DNA of 64,000 nt from Stegostoma tigrinum (taxonomy: Eukaryota), in NCBI RefSeq assembly GCF_030684315.1, contig NC_081371.1:38508390-38572389 (forward strand). The letters run 5' to 3'. A program made the position numbers and the translations under genes. Position 1 is the first letter of the stretch; each line of letters opens with the position of its first letter. The notes beneath the pieces are model-generated. The model was not told the DNA's origin, did no database searches, and worked only from the letters and a program-made list of their open reading frames with translations. Shown one piece after another: positions 1 to 39,000 of the stretch.

Positions 1-200
1 AGTAGCTGTCACAGGGTGCTTGTTGGTTTGTGAGCTAGCCTGGTATTTAGGGCTCTGAGTAGTCTTGTGGTATGTCTCTCATGTATGGTAGGGTGACTAG
101 TGTGTCTGGCTGTGTTGTGTGTTCTTGCTGTGGTCTGTTGCAGAGGTAATGGCGGATTGTGCTTTTTAGGTATCCCATTCTTTTTAAAACTCTGTATAAG
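1..200 (-). mobile_element. Degenerate Poseidon-type Penelope-like element fragment
   Basis: HLYRV..GY.KSTIRHYLCNRPQQ..TLVTLPY resembles the 5536..6320 element. Confidence 0.7.
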
Positions 201-964
201 TGCACACCGGCTCGGCGAACAAGCCTACAACCTTGTACAGAAATACGCTGTGACACCATTTCATTCATCAAAGTGTCTTTGAAGAAGCAGCCTATAATTT
301 GTTGTCAATGCTTCATTCTTAAGTGTCACAATCATTTCAGTGCTTTGTTATTCAGTAATATAAAAGTAATTGCAGAAGATTATTAATCCTTTACTGTAGG
401 CATGGAATAGTGATTAAATTGAGCCAATGTAAATTGAGCACATTTTAACACAATAAATGCAACCTGTTGGGGTTTTTAGTATAATGGCAGTCTACATATT
501 TGTCTAAGTTTACTTTACACAAAGCAATTTTATTTTGATGAATTGGCGAAGGATTGGTCTTTCTTTTTAAATGGAGGGGTGTAAACAATGCGCACATTCC
601 TCAACGCAGAAGCTCATTTACACAGAAATTTCTCAGGTTCTGCCTGGCGCCCAGCTAGACCCACTGATCCTATCCAACAGACACATGCAAAATGCTGGTG
701 GAGGATTGTAGCCACAGACAAATTGCATTGGGAGGTGATGAACTTTCTTTTGGGGGGCAGGGTGGGAGGGAATGGGGAAGGCAACAAATTTGTCTGTCTG
801 AAAGTGATTTTTTTTTTAATGTAATTGCTACAGTAATGCACTATGATAATAAGCACCATGCCCATAGCTATTTTCCCAGTTTCACCTCTGAACACTTCAG
901 GGATTTGACTGTTGGGTTGTTATTTGACAGCTGATTGTATTATTATCCATGGGTTGCAAGGAAT

Positions 965-1162
965 GAAGTAAAGTCACCACTGGACTGTAAAGCTGCTCTT
1001 TCTTTAGAGAAAGGTGACTGGTGGTGGTTTAATCTGCAGGTCACTATTCCTCAGGTGAGGGAAGAGGTTGAGAAGAAGAGTCCTTCATTGTAACCTCAGC
1101 TGTTGTGGGGATTGAACACGCAATAGCCTGCATTAAAAACCGGCTGTCCATCCAACTGAGCC
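965..1162 (-). mobile_element. tRNA-derived SINE (related copy at about 19715..19930)
   Basis: The minus strand starts gctcagttgg...gttcaatcccc (A/B-box-like); the two copies share body sequence. Confidence 0.6.
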
Positions 1163-2093
1163 CCCTCCCCCAAGTTTCATGAAGTTTCCATCTGGTTCAT
1201 TTTTTTTGGGAAGTTGGTCTAACTTACATGTAACTGTTGATCTACAGCGGTGTGCATGACTTCCAGATGCCCTCTGATATGGTTCAGCAAACCACTCCAT
1301 TTCAAATGCTGACCTTGCCAGCGATGCCCACCTACTGTGAAAGAATAAAGGAATATGAAATTATGCTCACTGTGCACCTTGAATGCTATGAATATGTCTC
1401 CTGTTCCCTGAGCACAGAATCAGGTTGATCACATTTGTGTTTCAAGCAAAGCACCAGGGGATTGCATCTTGAGAGAAATTACACATGGAGTTTGATCGAT
1501 TGTTGCTTTTATTTGGCGTGAATTATTGCTGTATAAATGATGTATTCAATACAACTTAATTTAATCTGATTAGCCCAGTTAGACTTGGCCTAGCTCCATT
1601 ACAGTTGGTGATCCTTCCTTCAAAGCAGCATGTCGAGTGTTCAATACATCATCATCATCCTTTTATTTCCGGTGTAACCTTAAATCAAAATTACTTTGTT
1701 TTTTGGTCTCTTGAGTTATTTATATTGCTTAATTCATATCATAGGACATTTTAAAGTTTTGAGCAGAAATGCTGCATACATGAAAGAACAATCTCAAATG
1801 GTGCAAGTTATATGTCTCAATCTCATGAGATATTTTGAATCGTAATTGGGATGTATGTCGTTCACATTTTTTGTGTATAGAGAATTACTAACTTTAGTGC
1901 TGGGCCTTTTGCACTAAAGATGTGAAACAGTTCCAAATTTAACTGAAGGCACTTGGCACATGCAACCAGATTAACAGTGTAAGAAAGATTCTCCATTTGG
2001 TAGTACTCTTGGCTCAAGTTGTACACTGATAAATCCTTTCATTTCAATGCCATTCCTGCTGCTTTTGTACAAAAGCATTTATGCTTTCCTTGA

Positions 2094-27955
<25,862 letters not shown>

Positions 27956-29750
27956 TACAATGCATTCAGTCCAAAAGGCTGAAGTATCTTCTGTACTTTT
28001 AATGGTGCTAACTCACTTTTTTAAAAAATGTTCATTTGTGGAACACCTGCCTTTTCAGTCTGTCATTCATGTCTCTCACAGGTTCCAAGCACAGATTTCA
28101 TAAATCAGCAGAAACTTATTTTTTTGATAAGACCCCCTCCCTTCAACATCGCAAATAACAAAAAAAGCTAGTTAACAGGTTTGACAAAACTGTGAAACAT
28201 AACTAAGCCAGTCTATGCAGGGCACAGCCATGAAACAAAACCTGTGCACTATTATGCCAAGAGTAGTTTATTTTTTTTCCCTGGTGATTACTGTCTAAAT
28301 TCTGAAAATAAAATTAACCTTTTTATTGATGTTGCCAGCTGGTTACTGGTCAAAAGAAAATATACATGCTGCATAAAATGTAAAATGAGCCTTTTTAATT
28401 AAATTGAAAATCTTGCTTATATCCCAAAGCTAGAGATGCAGCACACAGTCTTATCCCTAGTTAAATGTATATGTTTAAAAGAAACTGTCTAAACTGCACA
28501 GACAACAGTTTAGTTAGTCTTTGCTCAATTGGTTTCTGACCCAAAGGCTTTGTTCTTGGGGGCTGTTATCTTTTAACAGAATTCTCACTTGGAAGCAGTG
28601 CGAACCTTACGTGATTGTTAGCTCCAATTTCCAGTAATACTTAAAATCACAATGCTCAGATTGAACATTGAGATTTCCTTCTACAAACCGCAAAAAACAT
28701 AAGAACAATAAGCTTGAAAAAAAACACTATTCCTGTTTTTAAAAAGAAAACAAATAACCACAGGTGACCTTCTCTTCGTCAGGAATTTGTGGCCTCATCT
28801 TCTACCATGGGGATTCTAATATTGCCACCAGGACCGTAACTCTTGCTATATACCTGCCATTTCAGATTACCAAGTCTTATTATTAATTCATTAATCCAAA
28901 TAGGTAATCTTAAATCTGTTCATTTGTGTCTTCTACATGTTAAGATCCAGCAGTGGGCTGGTAAATGGTTGATTAACACATTTGTATTTGTAAATCGGTA
29001 ACACTGAAGTATGAACTCTTTGATGTACATGAATTTCAAGGCTGGTTAAAATGTTAGTATTGTAGGTGGTTGTGTCTCACTTCAGTGAATCGAACAAACC
29101 AGGTTAGATGATGTTAGCTTCCACCATCTGGTGAAATCTGGCCATGAAAACAAGCAAGCAATGAGAAGAAATTAGGCTGCTACTCCAGGTTTTCCAACGA
29201 ATGGTAAAAAGTCAAATTGTTTTTAGATGTCCAAGTGTAGGTTAAGGAAGCATCTGTACCCTGCTTTGATCCATTTAAACTTTGAACCACCTGAAGAATA
29301 GAGTCATTACGTTAAGTTTTCCAGCCGAACAATGTGATTCGTATTTAAAACAAACACTGCCAACAACTAGACAGCTTGACTCTCGGCAAAATTGAATCAA
29401 ATCCCTCCCAATGTCCCTTGGACAATGTATTTTTATTTGTAACAAACAAGTATTATAAACTGTAAAGTATTTTTGTACAAAATTTCCTACTTTGGTAGCA
29501 TGATATTTATCGTCCTCTTAAGGTTTTGGGAATCTTCACTGCTAATTTGTAAGGGATATGCGAGATGAAATAAAACCACGTAAAAGCATACATCATGACT
29601 GCAGTAGTTTAGTTTTAAGACTGTATCCATAACCCAAAATGCAAATACACTACAGGATACATTACAACTTGGAGGTGTTCCAAGATGGATGTCAAAATTA
29701 AAACACTTAAAAATGATCTACGAAAATAAAATAATGAATGTTCTGTTTTT
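27956..29750 (+). other. GRIP1: GRIP1 3' UTR; candidate AATAAA signals at 28307, 29569 and 29725
   Basis: AT-rich, no recognisable repeats downstream of the stop codon; hexamers read directly; true 3' end unknown. Confidence 0.5.
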
Positions 29751-29973
29751 TAAACCTTAGTAGTTATTGGTTTCAGTTTGCAGTAATTGACAAAATATGC
29801 TTAAAGCTGTGGTCTGAGTCTCAGTTTTACAGATCAGTGCAAACTGTTGTCCTAAAAAACACTGTTGTTGGAACCTTCAACATTCTCAACAGCATAAAAT
29901 CTTCACCATAAAAGCACCTTTAACTTATTGCACATTATTTCCATTTTTTCTTTTGTGTTTGGTGTCTTTGCAT

Positions 29974-30090
29974 TCAATTCCCTTCTTTAGAAAGCTGCTT
30001 TACTTCTTTCAAGTTGTAACTTGGGGCTGGGCAGTCAAGTGCCAGCTGCCGAAACATCTTGCAGCCAAGAGGTGAATCCGTCAAGGATAC
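29974..30090 (-). CDS. HELB: HELB exon 13, last coding exon (not in the ORF track)
   Basis: ttcgtag|[38 protein letters not shown]; phase 0; resembles recalled human VGESPQVSSRLQNLRL (SP site plus NES-like segment). Confidence 0.75.
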   Translation of the reverse strand, partial: VSLTDSPLGCKMFRQLALDCPAPSYNLKEVKQLSKEGN

Positions 30091-33000
30091 CTACGAAACA
30101 AAACGCATTGCCACGATTGTATCAAGATAGGGAATTTAAATACCTGGATGTGAGTTTGCTCGCTGAGCTGGAAGGTTCGTTTTCAGACATTTCGTCACCA
30201 TTCTAGGTAACATCAGCGAGCCTCCGGTGAAGCACTGGTGTTATGTCCCGCTTTCTATTTAATATTTTCTATAAATAGAAAGCAGGACTTAACACCAGCG
30301 CTTCACTGGATGCTCACTGATGATGTTACCTAGAATTTTGACGAAATGTCTGAAAATGAACCTTCTAGCTCAGCAAGCAAACTCACATCCAGAACTTCAA
30401 CCTGAGCTACAAATCTTCTCAAAACTCGCTAATTTAAATACCTATCCACAATTCTTAGCATTCTGTAGGCACCAGCCAGCATGTGATACTACAAAAAAAA
30501 CCAAGATTTATTATGTAAACCAAGGAATGGCAGGGCTGCATCAAGCTCAATACTACACATTCCACGTTATATTGGCATTCTCAGACCTTCTTTGACCTAG
30601 ATAATCATATGTGCAGGAATCAAGAATCATAAAAACCCTACAGCGTGGAAGCAAATCGGTTTGGCCCATTAAGTTTACACCACTCCTTCACAGAGCATCC
30701 CACCCAGACCGAACCCTCTATCCTGTCCTTGTAACACTGCATTACCCCAGCTCATCCACCAAACCTGCATATCAAGAGCTCGTGGAAGGAAGCTGGAGCA
30801 CATGGAGAAAACCTACGCAGACATTGGTGGAGAATGTGCAAACTCCACACAGACAGTTGTCCAAGGGTGGGATCGAACCCAGGTCACTCGCACTGAGGGA
30901 ACAGTGCTAACCGCTGTGCATTACAGTGGTGCCAGCTGTTGCTTTCTTGAGGTGGCACCTACAAGGTTAAATGCTTAATAGGTGACATATTTAGCGATGT
31001 AGCTGATTTCCAGCTTAAGCATACGCAGGGAAAGTGGGAATAGGTGACCACCGTATTGTCCAGCAGATAGAAGGGTCCAAGGTGGGAGATAGAACAGCCA
31101 GCATTGCTACCAGTTATATAACAAGTGTGGTCCTGCAGCCAGAATTCAGGATATTTGGTGCAGAACCTTTGAAATAGTAGTTAGAAAACACTAACGAAAC
31201 AGCATCCAAGTAGAAAGAAACAGCAGTTTGAGTCCGATATCACACTGTCTCTCACCACAGATGCCACCAGACTAGCTGAGTTTCTCCAGCATTTTGTCTT
31301 TGACCTCAAAGTAGTTGTAGCCAAATCACTCCTCATACCACACAAATGATTATAGCTGAGCATAAGGACGGTGAATGCACAGCTGAGAAATGGTACATGA
31401 GGAAGGGAATTAGATTCCTGGAACATTGGGAACCAGCTCTGGGGAACATGGGACCTGGTCAGGCCTGATGAGTAGAACCCAAACACAGCTGAAATCAATT
31501 TCATCGTGGAACAATTTACCGGTATTGCAGGAGAAGGTTTAAACTACACTGGCAAGTGTTTTGGGAATAAGGAGGCAATATCTGAGAATGCCAAGGTGCA
31601 CTGAACTTAGAGGGAGAGGGAGTTATCACTGAAACTCAGAAACCAAGTTGCAGGCTTGGAAGTTGTATGTTATTAGGCAGACTGAGTAAGAGACAGGGTC
31701 AAAGTCTGAATGTTAAGGTGCATGAGTTATAACATGAAGAAGGGTTGCTAGACCCAAAATATTAATTCTGCTTTCTCTCCGTAGATGCTGCAGACCTTCT
31801 GAGTTTCTCCAACAATGTGTTTGGTTGTTGTCTAGTTCTGAGGAAATACTGAGAAGTATAACAATAATAGAGACTACCTTAAATCATACACACTCAAGTA
31901 GAGATGTCACTAGTGCTGTGGACTAACGTCCCTCCAAAACCTTTTACAGTGAACACAGCTGTGCTTAAATAGCCAAGCGAAATGCCTTAATTCTGTTCTA
32001 TCCTTCCACATTACAACAAAAAGCTTTGATCCAATATTAATTATTCAGACATTTACACCCACCCACACAGATAATATTACCTTTGAACATTTTTGAGGTG
32101 ATTTCTCGTCTTCCAAAGTATTACCAATTCTCTTACTGCTGCAAGACCAAGGTGTTGAAACTTTATTAGGACTTGCGATTTCCTCACCAGTCATTGCCAT
32201 GGGAGAATCCCTTATGGTTTCATTGCTAGCTTCAAGAGAGCTGCTGTGCACTGCTGTTGTACTTTTCAGCATCTCACAGTGCCTGTTCTGAAACTCCAGA
32301 CTTTGAGGAGACCAGCTATAATTTTGTGCAAATGCCAAATCCTCCGCCAAGGAGTCTCCTTCCTGAGGATCTATTTTGCTGTTGTCCTTTCTTATTTCAT
32401 TGGCTTTGCTCAACACTGAGTCTGAGTCAGAGTCAGAGTCATCCATTACCTGGACAGTAGACTTAGGCGAAGTGAACTGCACCGAGGTCGCTACTCCAAG
32501 TGTGGAGGTCATTCCCAAAGGAACACAACTTGGTTTCTGCTGGGTCCATAATCCTTCAGTATCAGAAGTGGGTTTCATTTCTCGTAGTTCCTCTCGCAGC
32601 AATTCACGCAGCCGGGTGTTTCTGGGAGGGCTTTTGGCTGTCACTGCTTTAATAAAGTCATCCTCAGCAGTAACAACATAGACACGCTGGCGCCCTCGTG
32701 TGACTGCAGTATAGATATGTTGCCAGTTCTGTCTTCCTGCTGAACCTACAACATACACAACTGTGGCAACTTCAGAGCCCTAAAATACAAATGGAGGGAC
32801 ATTAGAGGTGCTTCAAAGATGAAGGTTTAACAGATTTCACTACATGCTAGAAAGTCCCAAGTCAGCTGAATACCACAATCAACTTCAGCATTTCTAGCTA
32901 AAGGAAGGGGCAAGGATAAATAATTGCAATTTCACTTCCTGGAAACTGATCAAATAATTGATGAAATGTCATCCACATGAAACATTAACACTATTCCACT

Positions 33001-36000
33001 TTCCACAGATGCTGCCACAGCTGCAAGTTACAGTGTGACTCTTATTTCAAATATTTAGCTCTGCTCGATTTTGTTTTTGAATTACAATTAAGTAACTTAC
33101 TGTCTAGCCTTGCCTTACTGGAAAATGTTCATTTCTTGAACTACGAGAGAACTGCCAATTTTGAACTGAAAGGCAGATAACAAAAAGAATCAAAAAAGTG
33201 ATTCGGTATTTAGTCAGATTTAAGCCAAAAAAGCAGCTCACAAATATAGCCCAAAAACTTCATGAAAAACTTAAGTCAGAGTTTTACAGCTACTACTATG
33301 GAAAGAGACCCTTTCGTCCATGGTGTCTGTACTGGTCATCAGGCATGTAGCCACTCTAATCTCATTTACTACCACTCACCCTGGGATGCTATGGAGTTTC
33401 AAGTGTTTGTCCGAATACATCTACACATTTAAATGTTGGAATGGTTAAGCATTAAGGTCAAACTGGTGAAAGCGTAGCTCATTGGTGTGCAAAGATTTGA
33501 CAAATGAATTGATCATTACTTTGCTTACCTGAAAGGTATGGATTGTTTTGGCCCATGCATGTTGCAATCTGCACTCTCTCATTACATTTTTATAGTTCAC
33601 AAATATTTGTCGATTGTCCTTATCATCCAGCAGCAAGTAATCTGAGCTTCGGTTCTTGGCTTGTTCAGTTTTATACTGCAAACCAAACAATTTTTTTAAA
33701 TCCTTCCAAACATAAGAAAATACTAAATTTTAATTTTAGTTCGTGAGCATTGGCAAATCAATTATATGCTTTGTGCTCTGCTTGGAAACGTGAAAAGTGA
33801 TCAATTTACTACTTCTTGCCTGGTGAGAAAGACTAAAATTCCGAACGAATGCAATATATTGTTGTAACTCAAATTCGTGGTATTCCAAAATTATTTCAGT
33901 GAGAATTATCTGGTGAGTTACTGACTGACTGTCTTCTACTGCCACCCCTAGAACCTACAAATTCTCCATTTTCTTAAACTGTTGATTTTTGCTGGGACAC
34001 AGTTCAGAGGCACCAACGTTTCAGTGATCAACATTCTTCCCATTATTAAGACTTGCCGCCTGGACTCACGCAGTTTTGAGAATTATTGCACTTTACCCAA
34101 GTCATGGCCTGCCTTCCTTCTCATTTCTGTTGCCTTCTCTTCCCCAAAAACCTGACGTCTGCACCACTTAACATACAATTTTACCCAATTTTTCTGGCGG
34201 AGCTCAAAAATGTTGATCAGGAGCAGGGAACCTAGCAAAAATACTCTCTTTTCCTTAGCCCTGGTGCTCCATTATTTAAGAATAAATCAGCATTTCAAAA
34301 ACTTCCTTCGTAACTTTGGAATGTCCCAAAACATGTTAAAATGTTTTGATTAGATTCCCTACAGTGTGGAAACAGGCCTTTTGGCCCAACAAGTCCACAT
34401 CACCCCTTGAAGCATCCCATCCAGACCCATCCCTCTATAACTCACACACCCCTGAACACTACAGGCAATTTAGCATGGCCAATCCACCTAGGCTGCACAT
34501 CTTTGGACTGTGGGAGGAAACTGGAGCACCCAGAGGAAACCCACGCAGACACAGGGAGAATGTGCAAACGCCACACAGACAGACAGTCGCCCGAGGCGGG
34601 AATCGAACCCGGGTCCCTGGCACTGTGAGGCTGCGGTGCTAACCACTGAGCCACCGTGCCACCCAGGCTTGTACAGGCAAGTACAAAATAATGACATTAA
34701 AATGTGCAACTGTAAAGATGATGCAGAAACAGATCCTGGGGTGTACAAACGGGAGTCTTTGAAGGCAAAGACAGGGCAAGTTGAGAAGGCTGTTCAGAGA
34801 GCAGCTGTGATCCTTGGCTTCCTTAGAAGAGTGGCAAAGAAAGAGGTTAGGTTAATCCTTTTAAAAAAACAATGGATAGCTCTTAAACTACAGCACAGTC
34901 TGTTAAAAGTGTTCCAGCTGAAACAGCTATCCATTGCTGTCTGATCACAATTCATCTCTGACCAGTAGAATGTGTTTCAGCTATGTGCAAAATTAGGCAT
35001 GATCACAATGACATCTGCATCAAAAGACCTCTTGATAGGAAAGTCCTGGAAGGTTTCCAGCACCTGCACATCTATATCCATGCAACGGTCAATATTCAAA
35101 GGGGACTCCAAGAGAACAGAGTTGGGGCAGGAGACTATACAGGTAGAGTGTTCTTCTAAAACAGTGAAAATTTGTATTGTTGAAGCATCATTTTAAAAAC
35201 CTAGTTTAATGAACAGTATTTAAAAATTTAGTCTTCGTTCCTCGCAAACATTTGTGGCAAAATCCTCGCTATTAAAAGCAAATTAGGAACAACATGGTTT
35301 TACCTGGGCAATAAAAAAGATTTCTCCATTACACAGACGAACGAGTTTCTCTTCTTTCAGTTCTGACTTTGTCTGTGCCTCTGACTGTTGTGTAAAGTCT
35401 CTGACATATCCGTTCTTTGAACAGCATACTTTGTCCCCCACCTGGAAATCAATCTTGTTTTTATGATTTCTGAAATACAAATCAAATTGGTGCAACTTGT
35501 TCACTACAATGATATTGCAAAACAGTTTTCATCAAAACGACCATTACTGCAGCAGGATCTCCACTGTATAAATGACAGGACCATGAGCTTAAAGCATAGT
35601 GGAGACAGGGTGCGCAAAATACTGGAACAGTCAGCACGGTATTAGGAATTTTTGCAAATCTTGCCAAAACAATAATTCACACTCAATTCTCCATTTTCAC
35701 ACTATTTGCACAATTATTCAGCTTTCGGTTCGGGAAGGATGCTCATGGTGCAGGTAGAGTTATGATGCAAGTTTAAAGAGAATAGCAGCATTCAAAAAGG
35801 GAGGCGATAGAAGAAAGCAACACATTTTTATCTCTTTTTGGGAAGGTTCAAACTGATCTGAAACCATTGGCACTGTGCAAGGAAGTAATGAGCAACAACT
35901 TGGGGGAAAAAAAAATCCAATGTACCAAGATGTATTCTGGAGGGAAGTGGCAAAGAATTCCAGCACTTCAAGCCACTCTTGCTAGTATCTGAAGTGAAAG

Positions 36001-39000
36001 TGAAGCAGCAAGAGGTAGGATTAAAATCAACCAAATTTCACCTTTTTAGAGGACTGAAGTGAGCTCACTGTTCAACATTGCTTCAAAAAGAAAAAAAAAG
36101 CAAGTTGGGGGGGAAAATGCATACGTCATACAATGAAGTACTGATATTCTCCACATGGATTAAGTAACCTATCGAAACCATTTACCTGTTCCATTCTCGG
36201 GAAAAAAAAATTTCCTCTGCAGGGAGTCCAGAGCCGAGGAGAATAGCCTTAAAATTACAGCAGCTTATTCCTACAGTTTGAGAAGCTCAAGTTCGTCTGT
36301 TCAAGGATGATGTCAGCAAACACTTATATAAAAAAGGGGAGAGGAAATCTAAAACTTCAGGTTAGCCCAACTGAATATTTCTAAACTGTGATTACTCGGT
36401 TTTGATATCTAAAGATATTGAGGGTTACAGAATAAGAATACACAATTACAATTAAAATGAGCTGCAATCAAATTAAACAGTACCAAAAGAGACAAGGAGC
36501 TGAATGGCCTTTACCAATTCCTACGTACCACACTAGACAGCAACCTAGTAGATGCTGTTTTTGGCCCCGTCAATGTTTCTTTTAAAAGTGTATTTTACTC
36601 ATGTATCATGGCAATGTTGTAATTTCAATAAACACTAAAAACTTGGTTCTCCATGGGTAATCTTTATCTTTTCTATTACAAGTGAAAACATAAGTATGAT
36701 GAATTGTCACACACCTAGGAGCACTCCTTACCTAGTCGGATGGCCTGCATATCGCTTGCAGCAGAGTTCATTAATTAAGTCACAGTCTGCCCTGTACAAC
36801 AAGAAGTAGTAGTAGAAATCTTAATGCAGATTTAGGTATCAAGTGACCTTTGAACATATATTCAATATTACAACAATTCAATTCAAGGTAAAGGCGTATC
36901 AGTCAATCCTGCCTACAACTGCACACACAAACTAAAAGAGATTCTTGTGCAAAGGATCTCAAATTCCATCAAAATAAATGAGGTCACATTTTATAGTTAC
37001 TCTTCAACACGTATAATAAGTTGAAATGGATGAGAATTGTAATCGAAGCCACAGATTTCCTTCCACTGAACTGTTTCATCATTGCTTAAATGATGCCTCA
37101 GTCAAACTCCGGGGCAATGCCTTCCTGATAGCACTGTATAACAGCCCACATCGAATAGATTCAGACATCTAAGGAGGCAGTTCATTGCCACCTTCAAGGT
37201 ATTTTGGATGACAATAAATTCTGCCACTGTCAAATACCCATTAATAAATAAATGAATTAACACATTGGGCCTTGCTTACTACAAAAAAGTAGTAACTTTA
37301 AGATATTCCCATCATAACAGTGAAAAAAAGTAGTGAAAAGGTCTTTTTTTTCCTTGTAATCCCTATTTTAAAACAGAAACTTGAATTTGCACAAACAGAA
37401 AGAACTCTAAACGGTGACAAGCAGAAAACAGCTGCAGAGACCTCTTCTAAATGGTAAAGTGGAGGACAGAAGAGCGTTGACAACGGGTGGTTGGGTAACA
37501 GATTATGACTGCAGATGGGCTACAATGGATGCACGAGATTGGCACTGACAGACTGAGGTGGCATTCCCTGAGAGCAAAACTTCTGGGAGGAGTAGCTTAT
37601 AAACAGCATTTTAGGAAACCAAAACTATTTTTACAAAAGGACTTTATGATGAATCTTAGTGGACGTAAAGCATCGGTCCTTATAGCTAGCCTGCTTGTGG
37701 TTAATAATACCTTCAACAAATCTCAATTTATTGCACATTTATATCTCATACAATATTAGAATCATACAGTACACTGTCAAAAATATACTACCTCCTACAG
37801 TAGTCCTAATCCCCCACACTAGGAGTATAGCTTTGAATGCAAAGACACTTCAAGTGCTCATCCAAGTACTTTTCAAAAGGTTATGAGGTTTCTTGTCTCA
37901 ACTACCCTTGCACGCAGTGCATTCCAGACCACCACCATCCTCTGGATTTTTTTCAAAACCCTTTAAACCTTTCACTTTAAAATTACATCCCCTTGTTATT
38001 GACCCTCCAAGGGGAATAGCTACTTTCTATTCACCCTGTCCACGGCCCTCATCTTATACACCTCTATCATATCATTCATTAACTTTCTCTGCTCCTAAGA
38101 AAACAACCTGATCTTATCCTGCCTCTCTTTATAGCCAAAATACTCCATCCCAGGCAACATCCCGGTGAATCACTTTTGCACCTTCTTCAGTGCAATCACA
38201 TCCTTCTTAGAGCTGACTAGAACTGCGTACAATACTCCAGCAGTGGCCTAGCCAAAGTTCTGTACAGCTCCAATATGACCTCCCTGTTCCTATAATCTCT
38301 GCCATGACTGTTAGAGGCAAGTGTTATTTATGCCTAGCAGCATCTCAGGAGCACAAAAGCTGACGTTTTGGGCCTAGACCCTTCATCAGAGAGGGGGATG
38401 GGGAGAGGGAGCTGGAATAAATAGGGAGAGAGGGGGAGGCGGACCGAAGATGGAGAGTAAAGAAGATAGGTGGAGAGAGTATAGGTGGGGAGGTAGGGAA
38501 GGGATAGGTCAGTCCAGGGAAGACGGACAGATCAAGGAGGTGGGATGAGGTTAGTAGGTAGCTGGGGGTGCGGGTTGGTGTGGGAGGAAGGGATGGGTGA
38601 GAGGAAGAACCGGTTAGGGAGGCAGAGACAGGTTGGACTGGTTTTGGGATGCAGTGGGTGGGGGGGGAAGAGCAGGGCTGGTTGTGTGGTGCAGTGGGGG
38701 GAGGGGACGAACTAGGCTGGTTTAGGGATGCAGTAGGGGAAGGGGAGGTTTTGAAACTGGTGAAGTCCACATTGATACCATATGGCTGCAGGGTTCCCAG
38801 GCGGAATATGAGTTGCTGTTCCTGCAACCTTTGGGTGGCATCATTGTGGCAGTGCAGGAGGCCCATGATGGACATGTCATCTAGAGAATGGGAGGGGGAG
38901 TGGAAATGGTTTGCGACTGGGAGGTGCAGTTGTTTGTTGCGAACTCACCAGTTTCAAAATCTCCCCTTCCCCTACTGCATCCCTAAACCAGCCTAGTTCG

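Noticed and set aside
32376-32681. Plus-strand Ser-rich ORFs
   Set aside because: Antisense shadows of HELB exon 12.
34590-34664. tRNA gene
   Set aside because: The A/B boxes belong to a SINE head that continues into a V-domain and LINE-like tail.
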